Shown piece by piece: positions 1-13,030 of a stretch of 64,000 bases of DNA (positions within the stretch are counted from its first letter, which is position 1; each line of letters opens with the position of its first letter). The DNA comes from Octopus sinensis (lineage: Eukaryota). The stretch covers positions 79,794,001 to 79,858,000 of the forward strand of contig NC_042999.1 in NCBI RefSeq assembly GCF_006345805.1, written 5' to 3'. The position numbers and the translations under genes were made by a program. The notes below the pieces were generated by a model. That model ran no database searches. It saw only the letters and a program-made list of their open reading frames with translations, and was not told where the DNA came from.

Positions 1-448
1 AGCTATTTAAGGTCTAGTTGAATAGTGACAGTTTGACAGTGCTTGCATTACCAATTAGAGAATATAGAGAGAAACGCAACATACACACACACGTGCGCAT
101 ATAGAAACTTGCACACACATACATAGGCATTTTAGGTACTCATATTATCATATATACGCTTTCACCTTCGCACGTGCTCACTCAAAATACTAAAATATTT
201 ACACACTCTCATTCACACTGAATTAATCAAATATTTACATAGAGGATTTATTTGTTACCAAATCACATATACATACACACACAAGAACAAGCCAACAACA
301 TGCCCACACACATAATAAATTGCTAAACCTGAAATACGTATAGCCATACAATACACATATTTGTGAGTGTGCGACTGTGTGTATGTATGAGTGTGTGTGT
401 GTGTGTGTGCGCACCTACGTACATGTGTGTGTGTCTGTGTGTGGTTAT

Positions 449-491
<43 letters not shown>

Positions 492-826
492 GTGTGTGTA
501 TGTGTGTATGTTTGCATGTTAAAATAATTTTGAATTCCAAATCCATTTCAGAATGACAACCGACCGTTTATTGTTGGTGTAACTATACTAAAACCAGTTG
601 TAAAACCCAATACACGAAAGTTGAAGCCCCAGTTAATTTACTCTTTGCAATACACACACACACACACATATATAAACACACACACACACACATATATATA
701 TATCCTACAATATAGTAATCAATGAAATTCCAACCCAGTGTGATTTTCGCCTTTTATTATTTACAATTACTACAATTTTACAATATTGAAATCATAGAAT
801 AGTATACAAATAAATTTTGTAATAAA

Positions 827-856
827 ACTAGTACTCCCATGCGTTACGCAGTCAGT
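827..856 (-). mobile_element. Possible Helitron 3' end (hairpin + CTAG)
   Basis: Minus strand reads tgcg-taa-cgca hairpin, a short spacer, then CTAG|T. The 5' end was not located. Confidence 0.3.
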
Positions 857-1283
857 AGGCTTATGTAGTGACATTCATGTTCCACAATTGATAACTGTAG
901 TGAAATGACTAGATTTGTCCTTTTAATACCACCCGATGGGCTCACTCAGGCTTAATCTTACGAACTGTATTTTGACCAAATAGTGTGTGGCTTAGATTTC
1001 ACGGCTTACACGTCACGGTTTCGTGCGCACTTCATGGGCTCTTTATTTTGCACGCACCTAAAGAAGTAATTGTTTGGTTATATTTTGGAATGTTGTAAAC
1101 AGCACTCCTGGTTTCATTGAATATTACTCCTTCAATTTTTCAGAAATTTTACATTTCAATCAAGTCAATGTTGATATGTTTAACACTACTACCATCATCA
1201 CCATCAACTTTATTATTGTTGTTAGTGGTGGTGGTGGTGGTGGTGGTAGTAGTAGTAATAGCAGTGGTACTTATTATTATTAT

Positions 1284-1682
1284 TGAATGAAAGAGCAGTG
1301 CATGCCATCAAAGTGACACTGAGGTAAAATATACGAAGCCCAGTATACCCATTATGACTACTCATCTGATAAGGGTAACCAGGCACATGCCACACAACCA
1401 TATGTGTGCGACATGGTAATCTCATATCAAGATAAACAGCACATGGCTTTGCAGGTGGGGCCCAGTTAGAATTTTCTTCTGGTCGAGTAACCCACCCCGC
1501 TCAAAAGGTCCCTGAAAAAGGGTTGTTTAAGGATGTTGAACGAACCATCCATGTTTCCAAAGGTGAATTATCCAATCCTCTAAGAATTCCTTTCAACACA
1601 CAACTTTGATGCTCCTCCACTACTTCTGCTCATTATCAGAGATGCACATATCGTCAGCCACTAAGGGATATGGTCAACTGAC
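1284..1682 (-). mobile_element. Interspersed non-LTR/SINE-like repeat ending in an (AAT)n tail
   Basis: GC-richer block ending, on the minus strand, in ...ctctttcattc(aat)n. It resembles an abundant octopus repeat; family not assigned. Confidence 0.45.
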
Positions 1683-1687
1683 TATTA

Positions 1688-2784
1688 AGAAATTGATATT
1701 ATTTTACTAGCTAGGAAGACTATCATAGAATTTGAGGGAAAATTGTGGACTAGGGCTGATACCCCAAATAATTTTGATATACCCATGAGCTCCAGTGAAT
1801 CGACGGAGGTCACTAATTTAGTAGGGACTTATTGAAATGCCCAAGTAGAGAGGTCCCGGAATTGCTAGGAGGTTTATATAGGGATGATGCATTATTCATC
1901 GTCCCTAGCAATAATAAATCGATCATTGAGGGAATAAGAAAGAATATTAGTAGATTTTTCAAAAATTTTAACTTAGGTATTACTTATGAATATAACACTA
2001 AGATAGTTAACTTTCTAGATGTTACTTTAGATTTAAACTCGAAATTATATTACCTATATAGAAAAGATTGTGAAATTACTAGATATGTAAATAAATTATC
2101 AAATCACCCCCCAAATATTCTGAAATCGATAGTTAAAAGTATTTCGAGAAGAATTACTAAATTATCATCTCACAATGAAATTTTAAATTCTCACTCATAT
2201 CATTACAATGTTGCCTTATCTAGGGCAGGATATAACCAGGAAATCACCTTCCTAGATCTTGGAAATTCAATTCTTTCGAATAAGAAAATAAATAAAAATA
2301 GCTCAAATAATATAGAATCTTCAATTTAAAAAAAATATGAATTAACCAAAACAGATAACCTATCATATAAACCTGATCCAAATAACAGAAATGGCAGACA
2401 AGACACAAATAAGTATAAAAAGTTAAATAAAATAAATATAAATGAAAATATAAAAATCTCACCCACTGATAAAAACCAAATAAATATATAGATAAGACTG
2501 AAGACAATAACAAAACTGTGAGGGATATGGATAACACCAATCTTTCCCACCCTTACTCAAATAAAAAATTCAAAAGTAAAAATATCGTATGGCTGAATAT
2601 ACCTTTCAACTACGCAATATCTACGAACATATATGGCAATTTTATGTCCATACTAGAAACAAACTTCCCTGCTTCCCATAAATATTATAAAATACTTTCT
2701 CGTAAATCAGTTAGAATATCATATTCTACTCTTCCAAATATAAGTACCATAATAGCTAGATTAAATAGAAAAATATTTAAATAG
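1688..2784 (+). pseudogene. Penelope-like element reverse transcriptase C-terminal half plus linker (Naiad-like), frameshifted
   Basis: Translations: IILLARKTII..FDIPMSSSESTEVTNLVG (cf. FDVTMGSxDGAExCELVG), GLYRDDA, VNFLDVTLDL, SNHPPNILKSI..ISRRI, KNIVWLNIPF..NFPASHKYYKILSRKSVRISYS. Frameshifts near 1830, 2325 and 2500. Confidence 0.88.
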
Positions 2785-2790
2785 CCAAAA

Positions 2791-2988
2791 AGATTGCTCT
2801 ATATTTTAAAACTGATGTAATACTTGCATTGTTTAATTAAATGAAGTCGCATGAAACGATCGTACTGCATTACCTTTGGATATCCTTGTTGCTTATTTTG
2901 ATTATAATCACCCCATTTTGAATTATATGGATAATACCATACCAAATTCTGGTGCCTTTAACTTAAGTACCATATTCAACTGAATCTA
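2791..2988 (+). mobile_element. PLE pseudo-LTR with the 3' half of a hammerhead ribozyme
   Basis: gcat-GAAA-cgatcg-TA-ctgc at 2849-2868. Homologous to 53650-53852. Ends in a (TA)/(TATG) tract. Confidence 0.75.
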
Positions 2989-3020
2989 AATATATATGTA
3001 TATATGTATATATATATAAA

Positions 3021-3051
<31 letters not shown>

Positions 3052-3084
3052 ATGTATGTATGTATGTATGTATGTATGTATGTA

Positions 3085-3230
3085 TGTCAAAGGTGATTCC
3101 AGTTTATCAACGTCACTCAGGCTCATAAGACTCATGACTGCTCGAAGAATTTCACCCTTTTCCGTTTTATTTCTAGCCCCAAATGGCTTATTTCTTATAT
3201 CTACCAGGATATCTTTCTCCATTTCGAAGT
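3085..3230 (-). pseudogene. Possible hAT/ZMYM-type transposase N-terminal remnant
   Basis: MEKDILVDIRNKPFGARNKTEKGEIL resembles the PFxxRxxxEKxxI N-terminal motif of such transposases. Weak similarity. Confidence 0.25.
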
Positions 3231-3708
3231 GATGGGTTAAAATAAAGCAACACTGTGAGACACAATTGATTTTTACACACAGATGCACAGAATAACAGCA
3301 ATCGAATAACGATAGCGGAGTGCACAACAAACATTAGCAATCTGTCTGTCGCCTGCATTCTTGACAAGAGATGCCAGTTATTCTTTTACTCTTGCCAGGC
3401 TGGTTCGTATTAGCACGAGAGACTGGATAATTTTTCGTTTGTTTAAGAATATTGTAGAACGAAATAATAATTTATTGTTTCAAGGCATTGAGTTTAAATT
3501 ACTTTTAATTTTTATGATTGTAGATAACTCGAGCTGTAACTTCCGAGCCAGAGTCAGGCGCATGTGAACAATATCGAGAGAACGTCCGCTACGAATGATA
3601 TTTTTCGATACAGGACACCTCAAAGAGGACCACCAGACGCTGACTGAAAATAAATGAACTGTGGCAATAAAAGGAGCCTGAGTTATTGGCGCGTGTGAAT
3701 GCGCGCGC

Positions 3709-3739
<31 letters not shown>

Positions 3740-3764
3740 GTAAAAAATTGTATAAAATCAGAAA

Positions 3765-3960
3765 TAATCAGAAGAGTGACAGGTGAGGGAACAACAAATA
3801 GGCAAATAGGGTGAATCCAGGAAAATTAGTAGGGTCTTTGACGTTTGAAGCCAATACTTCCCTGCAGAAAGGGAATGAGGAATGAAGGGGGAAAAGGGGA
3901 GAGAGAGAGAAAGTAAACCGTGTTTGGATTAACGGTTGCACAGTGGGTACGCGTCAAAAA
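3765..3960 (-). mobile_element. Degenerate PLE pLTR (family of 31790/36980/51958)
   Basis: Minus 3836-3871 reads cttt CTGCAGGG aagt-attg-gctt CAAA cg TC aaag, with the same flanks as the other copies. Confidence 0.45.
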
Positions 3961-4189
3961 TGGGGAAACTTATAGAGAACAAATGAGAAAAATAATCTTT
4001 TTTTCCTTCCTCTCTTGGCACAAAACTCGAAAAATGAGAAAAATAATAAACATATAGAGTATAGTTTGTGACTTTCCTTGAACGCCTGAATGAAAGTATA
4101 GAAATGTGTGTGTGAGTGCGTGTGTGTGTTTGTGCGCGTGTGTGTCTGTGTGTTTTTGCGTGTGTGTGTTTGTGTGTGCTTGTTACTCT

Positions 4190-4372
4190 GTGTGTGTTTG
4201 TGTATTTGGTTTCAACACAAAGAAAGTTTATTGTTAATAAATATTAAGCTTTCGGTTTATAAAACTATACAAATGCGCGCGTGTGTGTGTGTGTTTGTGC
4301 TTGTGTGTATTCGGTTTCAACAAAAGAAAGTTTATTGTTAATAAATACTACGCATTCAGTTGATAAAACGAA
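4190..4372. repeat. Two-copy tandem duplication (~110 bp unit)
   Basis: gtgtatt(t/c)ggtttcaaca..aagaaagtttattgttaataaata occurs twice. Confidence 0.7.
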
Positions 4373-4619
4373 TCGTATATTCTAATTTATATTTTATAAA
4401 TCTGGTTGCTACAGACTTAAAAATCTGAAGTACATTGTACAGGAAGTGCTGACGGTAAAGAAATAAGATTTGAAGATGTATACAGCTAATGTTGGATCAT
4501 GTTAATGCTATAATGTGTATAGTATATGCAACATACAGTATTTATCTGCTAATAATGATGCATCGAAATGTAGTGATCCTGTTCATTCTATCTCTTCAGA
4601 CTCTTTTATATACATTTTC

Positions 4620-4836
4620 TATTTCTTTATTACCCACAAGGGGCTAAACACAGAACAAGAGCAGACAAACGGATTAAGTCGATCATATCGACCCTAGTGC
4701 GTCACTGGTACTTAATTTATCGACCCCGAAAGGATGAAAGGCAAAGTCGACCTCGGCGGAATTTGAACTCAGAACGTAACGGCAGACGAAATACGGCTAC
4801 ACATTTCGCCCGGCGTGCTAACGTTTCTGCCAGCTC
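4620..4836 (-). mobile_element. tRNA-derived SINE family A with 19-bp TSD
   Basis: A box tggcagaaacgttagc, B box gagttcaaattcc, and central gcctttcatcctttcggggtcgataaa. Direct repeat ctcttttatatacattttc at 4601-4619 and 4834-4852. Confidence 0.9.
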
Positions 4837-4879
4837 TTTTATATACATTTTCACACACACACCTTAGTATATCCGATGA

Positions 4880-5200
4880 TCGGCCTTAGCATGACTTCTT
4901 ATGATGCGCAGTAGACCAGACATACTTTTAAAAAGATGTCCTCATAAGCTGCTCACTAGTTACGGTGCGACTTGAACAGCCTATGATGTTTGATTTTGAT
5001 ATTCTTGAAATATTTCTTCAGATCATTTGGAGGTCCTGTGGCACATACAGTGTTCACAAGGTCGAACCGTTAGCTATGTTGAATAATCATTAAAAGTGCC
5101 CTATTAGGTGTCCTTGTATGAGACTTAAGTCCAGCCTCATACAAACAGATTTTGCAACAAAATATACAAGGAGAAAAAGTTCTACCAAGTTCTTTTACAA
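4880..5200 (-). pseudogene. Degenerate C-terminal Zn-finger tail of an RTE-type LINE
   Basis: CIFCCKICLYEAGLKSHTRT plus further decayed CxxC..GL..H units, similar to RTE 3' CxxC..SxxGLxSHxR motifs. Confidence 0.4.
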
Positions 5201-5277
5201 TTACTATCCTTTCAATATCTACCATACATAAATACACACACACACACGCACACACACATATATGTATATATATATAC

Positions 5278-5325
<48 letters not shown>

Positions 5326-5354
5326 TATATACAGACCCACACACCACATATATA

Positions 5355-5417
<63 letters not shown>

Positions 5418-5689
5418 TACATACACCACCAAAACAAACACACAAGCGCGCTTATATTCATGTGTTGTCCATTTGCATGTAAACATAATAACAAAGTCTC
5501 GCTGAAAAATATAAATGTACAATATGTGTGCGCGAACAACATAGCGGAGATATTAACTTAAATGATATTTACAAATTTGGTAGAGTGGAAAATATGATAA
5601 TATTCCTTATAATGAGGTTTTAGTGACTTTACAATTGCTATCTCGTGCTTGCATTTGTTTATATTTGATTCCTAAATTATCGTCATCAT

Positions 5690-5695
5690 CATTGG

Positions 5696-5726
<31 letters not shown>

Positions 5727-5762
5727 GTTATTATTATTATCATCATTATTATTATTATTATA

Positions 5763-5799
<37 letters not shown>

Positions 5800-5812
5800 A
5801 TTATTATTATTA

Positions 5813-5871
<59 letters not shown>

Positions 5872-5882
5872 CATTATTATTG

Positions 5883-5940
<58 letters not shown>

Positions 5941-5945
5941 CTTCA
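5690..5945. repeat. (ATT)n microsatellite
   Basis: Visible directly. Confidence 0.95.
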
Positions 5946-6449
5946 TAATTTTTTCTACTTCACTATATTTTCTTCTTTTTTATTAAACATTAGTTCTATG
6001 TTTGTGAACATCAGTGTATATCGGAGTATATTTGTATTTACCATAAGTGTACGGTTATTGTTCTTCTTTTTAAACAACAGTTTGGCTATTCTTACTATTT
6101 TTGACACAGACTCATACACACATATGAACATGCATACTAACATACGCCACAAATGTACACACGCACACCTATATATTATGCATATATTGCACTCACACAC
6201 GCACACACGCATATATATGTATATGTATATATCATGTGTGTATGTATATATACATACACACATGATATATGATCCAAGCATCAAAGTGTAGGAAGAAAGT
6301 GAGCATCAAGCAGTCCGTAGAAAATATACAAAATAACTTTCAGGTTGTGAGTTTTTCCCATATCAAAGTCCGATAAGCTGGAAAAAATTATGCAGTTTAC
6401 AGTTGGCAACCACAGTTGCCAGGTATGCGAATAAAAATCCAAATATTAA

Positions 6450-7030
6450 TGAATGGAGCAGATAAAATTCAGGCTACATATATTTCATAGCGAGTGGAAC
6501 CTCGAAAATAGTAATTACCCAAGCACGGTGTATACCACAGGCTACTCTTCAGGCCAAGGGTACCTTGATTATATGAAGTTTACATTACTATTAGATCCAT
6601 GTTAACTCGCGGAGGATTCGATGAAAATGCGTAGAATGCACAGTTTGAGTAGGGAATAGAAGTGTGAAGAGAAATTAAGAATGTGAGAAAAGAAAAAAGA
6701 AAATATATAAGGGGGTTGGAAAATTTAGGAGTAAATAATTTAAGCGGGGTCATTTCACTGATGGTTTCCAATAGGGCTATATATTTGTAGTCTAATATAC
6801 TGATTCATAGAATCATGGAAATCTCCTCTAGTGGACCCGGCCAGCAGTCCACATTGTTATCCAATACAAGGAGTATAATACTGAAATTTATGCAGCTGAA
6901 ATATTGGAGATCCGATCGATAAGATTTTGTATGAGTAGTATATAAGACATAAAAGTCAGGAGGTATGAGGGGGAATAGATTTATTTAGCCATTTGTCATT
7001 TTGAGGGTGACAGGCTTTTCGCAGCCTTTA
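6450..7030 (-). pseudogene. Highly decayed CR1/L2-group LINE 3' remnant
   Basis: Scattered traces of C-terminal motifs (LLYTT.., IRLQ..IG, SLW..P) with many lesions. Confidence 0.3.
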
Positions 7031-7166
7031 TCATGTAATAATAATTTCAGTGTATAATAGTTATAATAGTTATTTTATACGTCTGCACTAATACTATGCT
7101 ACGCATTATAGCATACCATTGTGTATTTACAAATCAGTGCAGATAATGGAAGCTATATATATTAAC

Positions 7167-7210
<44 letters not shown>

Positions 7211-7329
7211 CAACTACAATGATGGTGGTGATGATGATAGAGTACATCTGTTTTTGTTTAGTTAGGTGGGTGTAGGCATAATCGTTTGTGTGTGCGTGCG
7301 GGCGCACACACGTATGTGGGTGTGCATAT

Positions 7330-8510
7330 TGACGTTTGTGTACAGAAACCGTATGTTGCCAAATTTATAGACTTCAAGAAACCTTCCACTAAGAATCTCT
7401 CGAGAAGATTGTCACACTGTAGTAAGTATTCTCCGGCTGTTTCAGTCTTATGTGGTCACTTTATTAATGGGCATATTGTTACGCTTGAACAAATCATGGA
7501 CACAGGTAGACATCTGACATCACCACAGGGGTGCGTCAGTGGTCTGTACTGCTACACGTTTTGTTTATGTAGGTGGTAGTATTTCTCATGAAATGCTTCA
7601 TGGATGATCAAGCATACAATATTCAATGAGAACAGAGAAGCTCCGCAGACCTTGATTTCGCGAGTAATGTAGGATTCATTTGTACCACATCAACGGCAAT
7701 GCAAGTCATAAACACCAGTCTCAACAATAGCTGCTAATAAAACAAAACAAACAAAAAAATGAAAATGTTGACTATTGGTGAAGGTACAGAAATGACATGT
7801 CCAGCTGGCTCGATTACTACCAGAAAATGTTCATCTATTGTGACAAGAGTGGAGGAGCGTGGCTTAGTGGTTAGGGTGTCAGCATCATTATCGTAAGATT
7901 GTGGTTTCGATTCCTGGACCGGGCGACGCGTTGTGTTCTTGAGCAAAACACTTCATTTCACGTTGCTCCAGTCCACTCAGCTGGCAAAAATGAGTAACGC
8001 TACGATGGACTGGCGTCCCGCCCAGCTAGGGAACACATATGCCATAGAAACCGAGAAACCGTGCCCATGAGCCTGGCTAGGCTTTAAAAGGGCGCATTTA
8101 TTTTTATTTTCTATTGTGACGAGAGATAACTTCCATCCACCGAGTCCCCAGGCGACGGACCTTCAGATATGAAGATTAGTTGTGAATATAAAAATAAACA
8201 GCCCCGGGCCAAACATACCTAGAGGAGTAAACCTCAAAGAAATATAAAATCCCAGCCTTGAAGGGGCTGGTATGCGGTGAATGCAAGCTTCAACAAACCG
8301 TTTCATTGGATCCGCGCAATTATTGCTTCACCGGTGATCTTGTCTCTACTAAAGTGGGATTGCAACCTTCATGAAGAGTATGCGACTCCTATCAGTATCA
8401 AACTACTGAAACGCCAAAATGACAGGCCTGGGTTGGAACCAGGTCATAAAACAAACGTTGATTCATTCACCTGATTGAGCAATAAACCCGCAAACAAAGA
8501 AAATTCAGAA
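7330..8510 (+). pseudogene. Decayed RTE-clade LINE RT, interrupted by a SINE
   Basis: ITTGVRQWSVLLHVLF (cf. TGVRQGCLLSPxLF) and DLDFASNV..AMQ (cf. DLDFADD..MQ). Downstream thumb traces continue after the SINE. Confidence 0.6.
7850..8109 (+). mobile_element. tRNA-derived SINE family C with ~16-bp TSD
   Basis: A box tggcttagtgg, B box ggtttcgattcc, core ttgtgttcttgagcaaaacac..ccactcagctggcaaaaatgagta. TSD tctattgtgac(a/g)agag at 7834-7849 and 8110-8125. Confidence 0.9.
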
Positions 8511-8559
8511 ACTGATGTGGAGAAAAGGTTTAGTAACGCTGCAGTTATTTTCCAGTGCT

Positions 8560-8960
8560 TGCACATATCCATTGTCCTGCTGATTACGTTTTAAACTTGG
8601 AAGAAGAAAAATACATTCAGAGTGAGATGTTTTCACAGACTTTACTTAAGGACCATTCTTAGAACATTTGGGCTCGACCTTTTCACGATTGAAGGAGTAG
8701 TGTAGAGAACTGTATTGAGTAACCCCTAGAATGCCAACACAGTGAGACAACAGAGTACGATCGACCATTTGCTTGGTATGCCTATGAAGATATCGGTGAA
8801 ACCTTTCTGAAATGGAAACCAGAAAAGTGGCGAAGGCGCAAAGCATGCCTGCAAATGTGTGGTTTATGATTGTGGAGGAGACCAGGCTGACACGAGCCTC
8901 CTCTAGGAAAAAGCTCAAGACAGGCCTTGCGATGATTATCTCTGGGGATCAGGAAGATCT
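8560..8960 (-). pseudogene. Decayed CR1/L2-group LINE 3' end
   Basis: Traces of the C-terminal ..YSF..L*xxLxxxVF..FK..IS pattern. Confidence 0.35.
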
Positions 8961-9109
8961 AAGATAAATATATACATACAAACATCCAAACACTCATAGG
9001 TGCTTACACATATATATTTTAATAGTATGTATACACGCACATAAGTATAATTATATGCTCTTATGTATGTACGTATCTATGTGTGTGTATGTGTATATAT
9101 ATATGTATA

Positions 9110-9201
<92 letters not shown>

Positions 9202-9699
9202 CATATATATGAAGATATATATATACACACATTCATATGTATATATAACTTATGGTTATGTGTACTTGTGTATGTGCAAAAGTGAGTGTGTATATGTGTG
9301 CATGCGTTCGTGTAATCTTTTATCAGTACCCTTAGTGCTAAATGCCTTTACTTAAATGTGCTAAGTAAGTATATCCATTTTCATTATATCCGATGTTTCA
9401 CTAGATTAAAATATCGTAATGAGTTTTGATATAAAGCAAGGCACTACTTAACATTAACTAACATCTGGGATAAAATAGAAGCGTTTCAAAACTTGGCAGC
9501 GTTTTGAAAATAACCGCATTTTACCGGAAATAGTGGTTGTTATAAGTACCTTAAAGCATGAATAAATCCTACACGTATCTGGTTTTGTTATTGCTGTTGT
9601 TATTAGTAAAAGAAATGCAATAAAAATATTGACAAAAATTAAAAGGTAAAATATAATGAGATTTGTTATTAGTATTATTAAAGGAAATATAATAACATT

Positions 9700-9850
9700 G
9701 GGTGGGAGAATGGCAGAAACATTAGACCGTCGAACAAGCTGGTTTGTGGTATTTCTGCTGAAATTTTACGTAATGGGTTCAAATCCTCCTGAGGTCAAAT
9801 TCACCTTTTTTACCTCAGGGAGTCAATAAAATGATTACACCCTAACTCAG
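9700..9850 (+). mobile_element. Old SINE family A copy
   Basis: tggcagaaacattag..gggttcaaatcc..gaggtcaaattcacctttt. Confidence 0.65.
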
Positions 9851-10159
9851 TAAGTAAAACCTCAGCAACCAACATTTCAGCAAATACAAACTAAGTGTAT
9901 GTGTGTGTGTACGTGCATACCTATGTATATATGAGTATGTGTGTGTATTATATATGTGTGTATGTGTATAGATGTGTATGTGAATGATAGTGCTTGCTAA
10001 GTTGTGACACTTGCAAAAATGTTATTTGTTCAGTTTTTACTTGCTGTGTTATAGTGCTCCCCTATAAAACACTGTCCCAGTTTTGTAGTGAGGTCTGTCA
10101 TACCTATTAACCCAATCTAAAACCGATCTTTTGAATAAATTAGAAACCAAAGTGCCAAT

Positions 10160-10372
10160 CTGGCAGGATCGTTGGTGTGTCGGGAAATCGCTTAGCCGCA
10201 TTTGTTCCGGCTCTTTGCATTTTGAGTTCAAACATCACCAAGGTTAACCTTGCCTTTCATCCCTCCAGGATCGATAAATTACGGTATAAATCAAATGCTA
10301 GGATCAAAGGAACCGACTAATTCCTCCTACTTCAAAGTCACTGGCCTTGTACCTAAATTAGAACCAAGTAAT
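10160..10372 (+). mobile_element. Old SINE family A copy
   Basis: tggcaggatcgttgg..gagttcaaac..ttgcctttcatccc..tcgataaatt. Confidence 0.7.
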
Positions 10373-10634
10373 ATTATTACTCACCTTATACTTTATCAAG
10401 TTTTCAGTGTAACATCGAGCACAGCTTTATGTGCCTTGGGTATGTGTTGTGGTTTGTTTTTGATATTGTTATTATTGGTGCATTCAAAGTTATCTAAATA
10501 GGACGATAGTGCTATTTTCTGCATGTTATATAAATAAGTCCTGGTTATATATTTGGTTGAATGTTTTTTGGACCATAGCTAAAACACCTATTATTATAGG
10601 CTTCCCTATACCTATACGATAATAGATATATAAT

Positions 10635-10664
10635 TATTGTTGTTGCTGTTATTGTTGTTTTTGC

Positions 10665-10698
<34 letters not shown>

Positions 10699-10748
10699 AT
10701 TATTGTTATTATTATTATCTCATCATCATCATCATATCATCATCATCA

Positions 10749-10814
<66 letters not shown>

Positions 10815-10822
10815 TTATTATT

Positions 10823-10860
<38 letters not shown>

Positions 10861-10901
10861 TATTATTATTATTATTATTATTATTTATTATTATTATTAT
10901 T

Positions 10902-10948
<47 letters not shown>

Positions 10949-10962
10949 TATTATTATTGTTT
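10635..10962. repeat. Compound (ATT)n/(ATC)n microsatellite
   Basis: Visible directly. Confidence 0.95.
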
Positions 10963-12829
10963 GTTATCGTATTTGTTATCTACTGATAATCTTTTTTATT
11001 TGATAACTTACTCAGTATCAAAGAAAAAAGGTACTGTATAGGAAACGTGTTTGTTTGTTGCGACGCATTTTGTACACCATTTACCTTACGTTTACTATTG
11101 CCTGATATGAAAGCATAGCTACGTTTGTTTGCTGTGTATGCTGTGCATTCGTTATTGCGTACATAAGTCGGTGTGCAAGTGTGTACACGCGAGCGTCTGT
11201 GCCATCAACTCATTGTCCTCGAAGACTGTCCATTATTGGATCGAGCAAATGAAAGTTGTATAAAGCGGAAACTGAATTCTATGGTTGATGGAAGATTACT
11301 GACCAGACCACATTTTGCCTATAATAAAATTTTCTGTCAAAGATGCGTGATGTCGTGCGTTGTCGTTGTAAGTATGGCTCTCTGTATCCTAATGGGTTCC
11401 ATGAGCTTTTATGTACCTACTACATTGTTAGATATTCACGGTGCTGCCACACTCTAGAAAGTCAAGGAAAATTATGCTCTTGTCATCATCCAAAGCAGTC
11501 ACGATAATATTCTGCGCCTATCACTAGTTCTCAAAAATCTTAGGTCTTGGAGAAGTGGTGTGGTATCATTCATTCTACAGACTAAACCTTCGTTTTCAGA
11601 TCATAAAGATACGCTCATGCTTCTCCAGATGGAAAAAAAAGATGTCTTCTCTGGCTTCAAACACTTGCCGCAAAACAAAACAGACTTCTACCTTTCATGG
11701 TTTCGAATCAAGTGTCAGATGGTAGGTTACCCACATTACATATACTATCCAATCTCTAAAGTCTTCCACCAGATTCTCTAATACATTGTGACTACCACAG
11801 TGTAGTAGTATAGTAACCTTACATAATGTGACTCGTCAAGCAATCCATGTCTGGGTTGCAGATAATGGATTGTTACTGCGTGGTTTGCCTTCATTGTTAG
11901 TTTCCTCTTCCCTAAACTCCCTTGATTCGTTCGCATTACTCATATCAATATCTGTAATAAACTTCAGATTGAAATTATCCGAAAGGAGAAGAAAATATCA
12001 ATATGTGCATCAGAGAATCAGATAATTTTCTGTTCACATAAGAAATATCATGGAATAAGTTGATAAGACAGCAGATATAAATCTCTCTAAAATGTACGTT
12101 GATTATAAAGTTACATTTTGAAAGTAATAATAAACATGCGGCATGAATACCGATTCAATTACTAAAAACGGTTTCATCAATAAACCATTAACGAGAGTTC
12201 TTTCCTCGTAACCTAAAATCTTATGTCGGATAATGGAAAGGGAAACTCTTTCAGGAAAGAGATCAGAAAAATACAGCACAGACTCCAAAAGTAGAGCATA
12301 CGCAACTTAAAACCAAATGTTTCATTAAAGTTGAGGAATCTCTGCCAACAGAAAGGTACAAGGAAGATGCCGAACAAATATTTAGTTATAAAAGTTGAGG
12401 TTGTACAGGAAATCTCTCAATATACATGAAAATACTATGGATAGTGGAAATAGTACACAAAATTGCTTGGTGTAGCATAGGAAAATCTTGTTTCTGTTGC
12501 TGGAAAAAACATTACTTTTCAGAAAAATATAAACCGGCTGCGTGTTTAAACATTTTGTAAAAGCATTAGGTAAATTACTTTGAAATATTATGAATCCAAC
12601 GCGGTAATAACTTCTAAGAGGGTTATCAGAAAGGAATGAAGCGTGAGGATGTAATCCATAACTTTTCATTGATAAATCCGTACTAACTGGAAAAAAAAAA
12701 CAAACAAGTAAAACAAAGAATAACAACAAAACAGTGCAAAAGCATGAAAATATAACCTTATTACAAAAGGCTGTTTGATTTTATTGTTCATGGATGTTTG
12801 TTAAAAATAACAATGTTGGAATTGATAGC

Positions 12830-13030
12830 GACCACTGTTTATGGAGATACTGAAATAATTGTGAGGTCCACATCGAACATTACATTTATTTTAAATGAAG
12901 GTACAATTTATGTTGATGTGATGCTAAAGAAATTTCAGAATGCATATTCTAAAGAGACAATGGGTGCTTTGCATGTGTGCTACGCGTGCTTCTTTTTATA
13001 TCAACTCAGAACTCACTATCACTATCTTTT
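12830..13030 (+). pseudogene. Possible MULE transposase remnant
   Basis: EIIVRSTSNITFILNEGTIYVDVMLKKF resembles MULE IIIFST..NL..L....IYVDGTFK. Confidence 0.3.
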
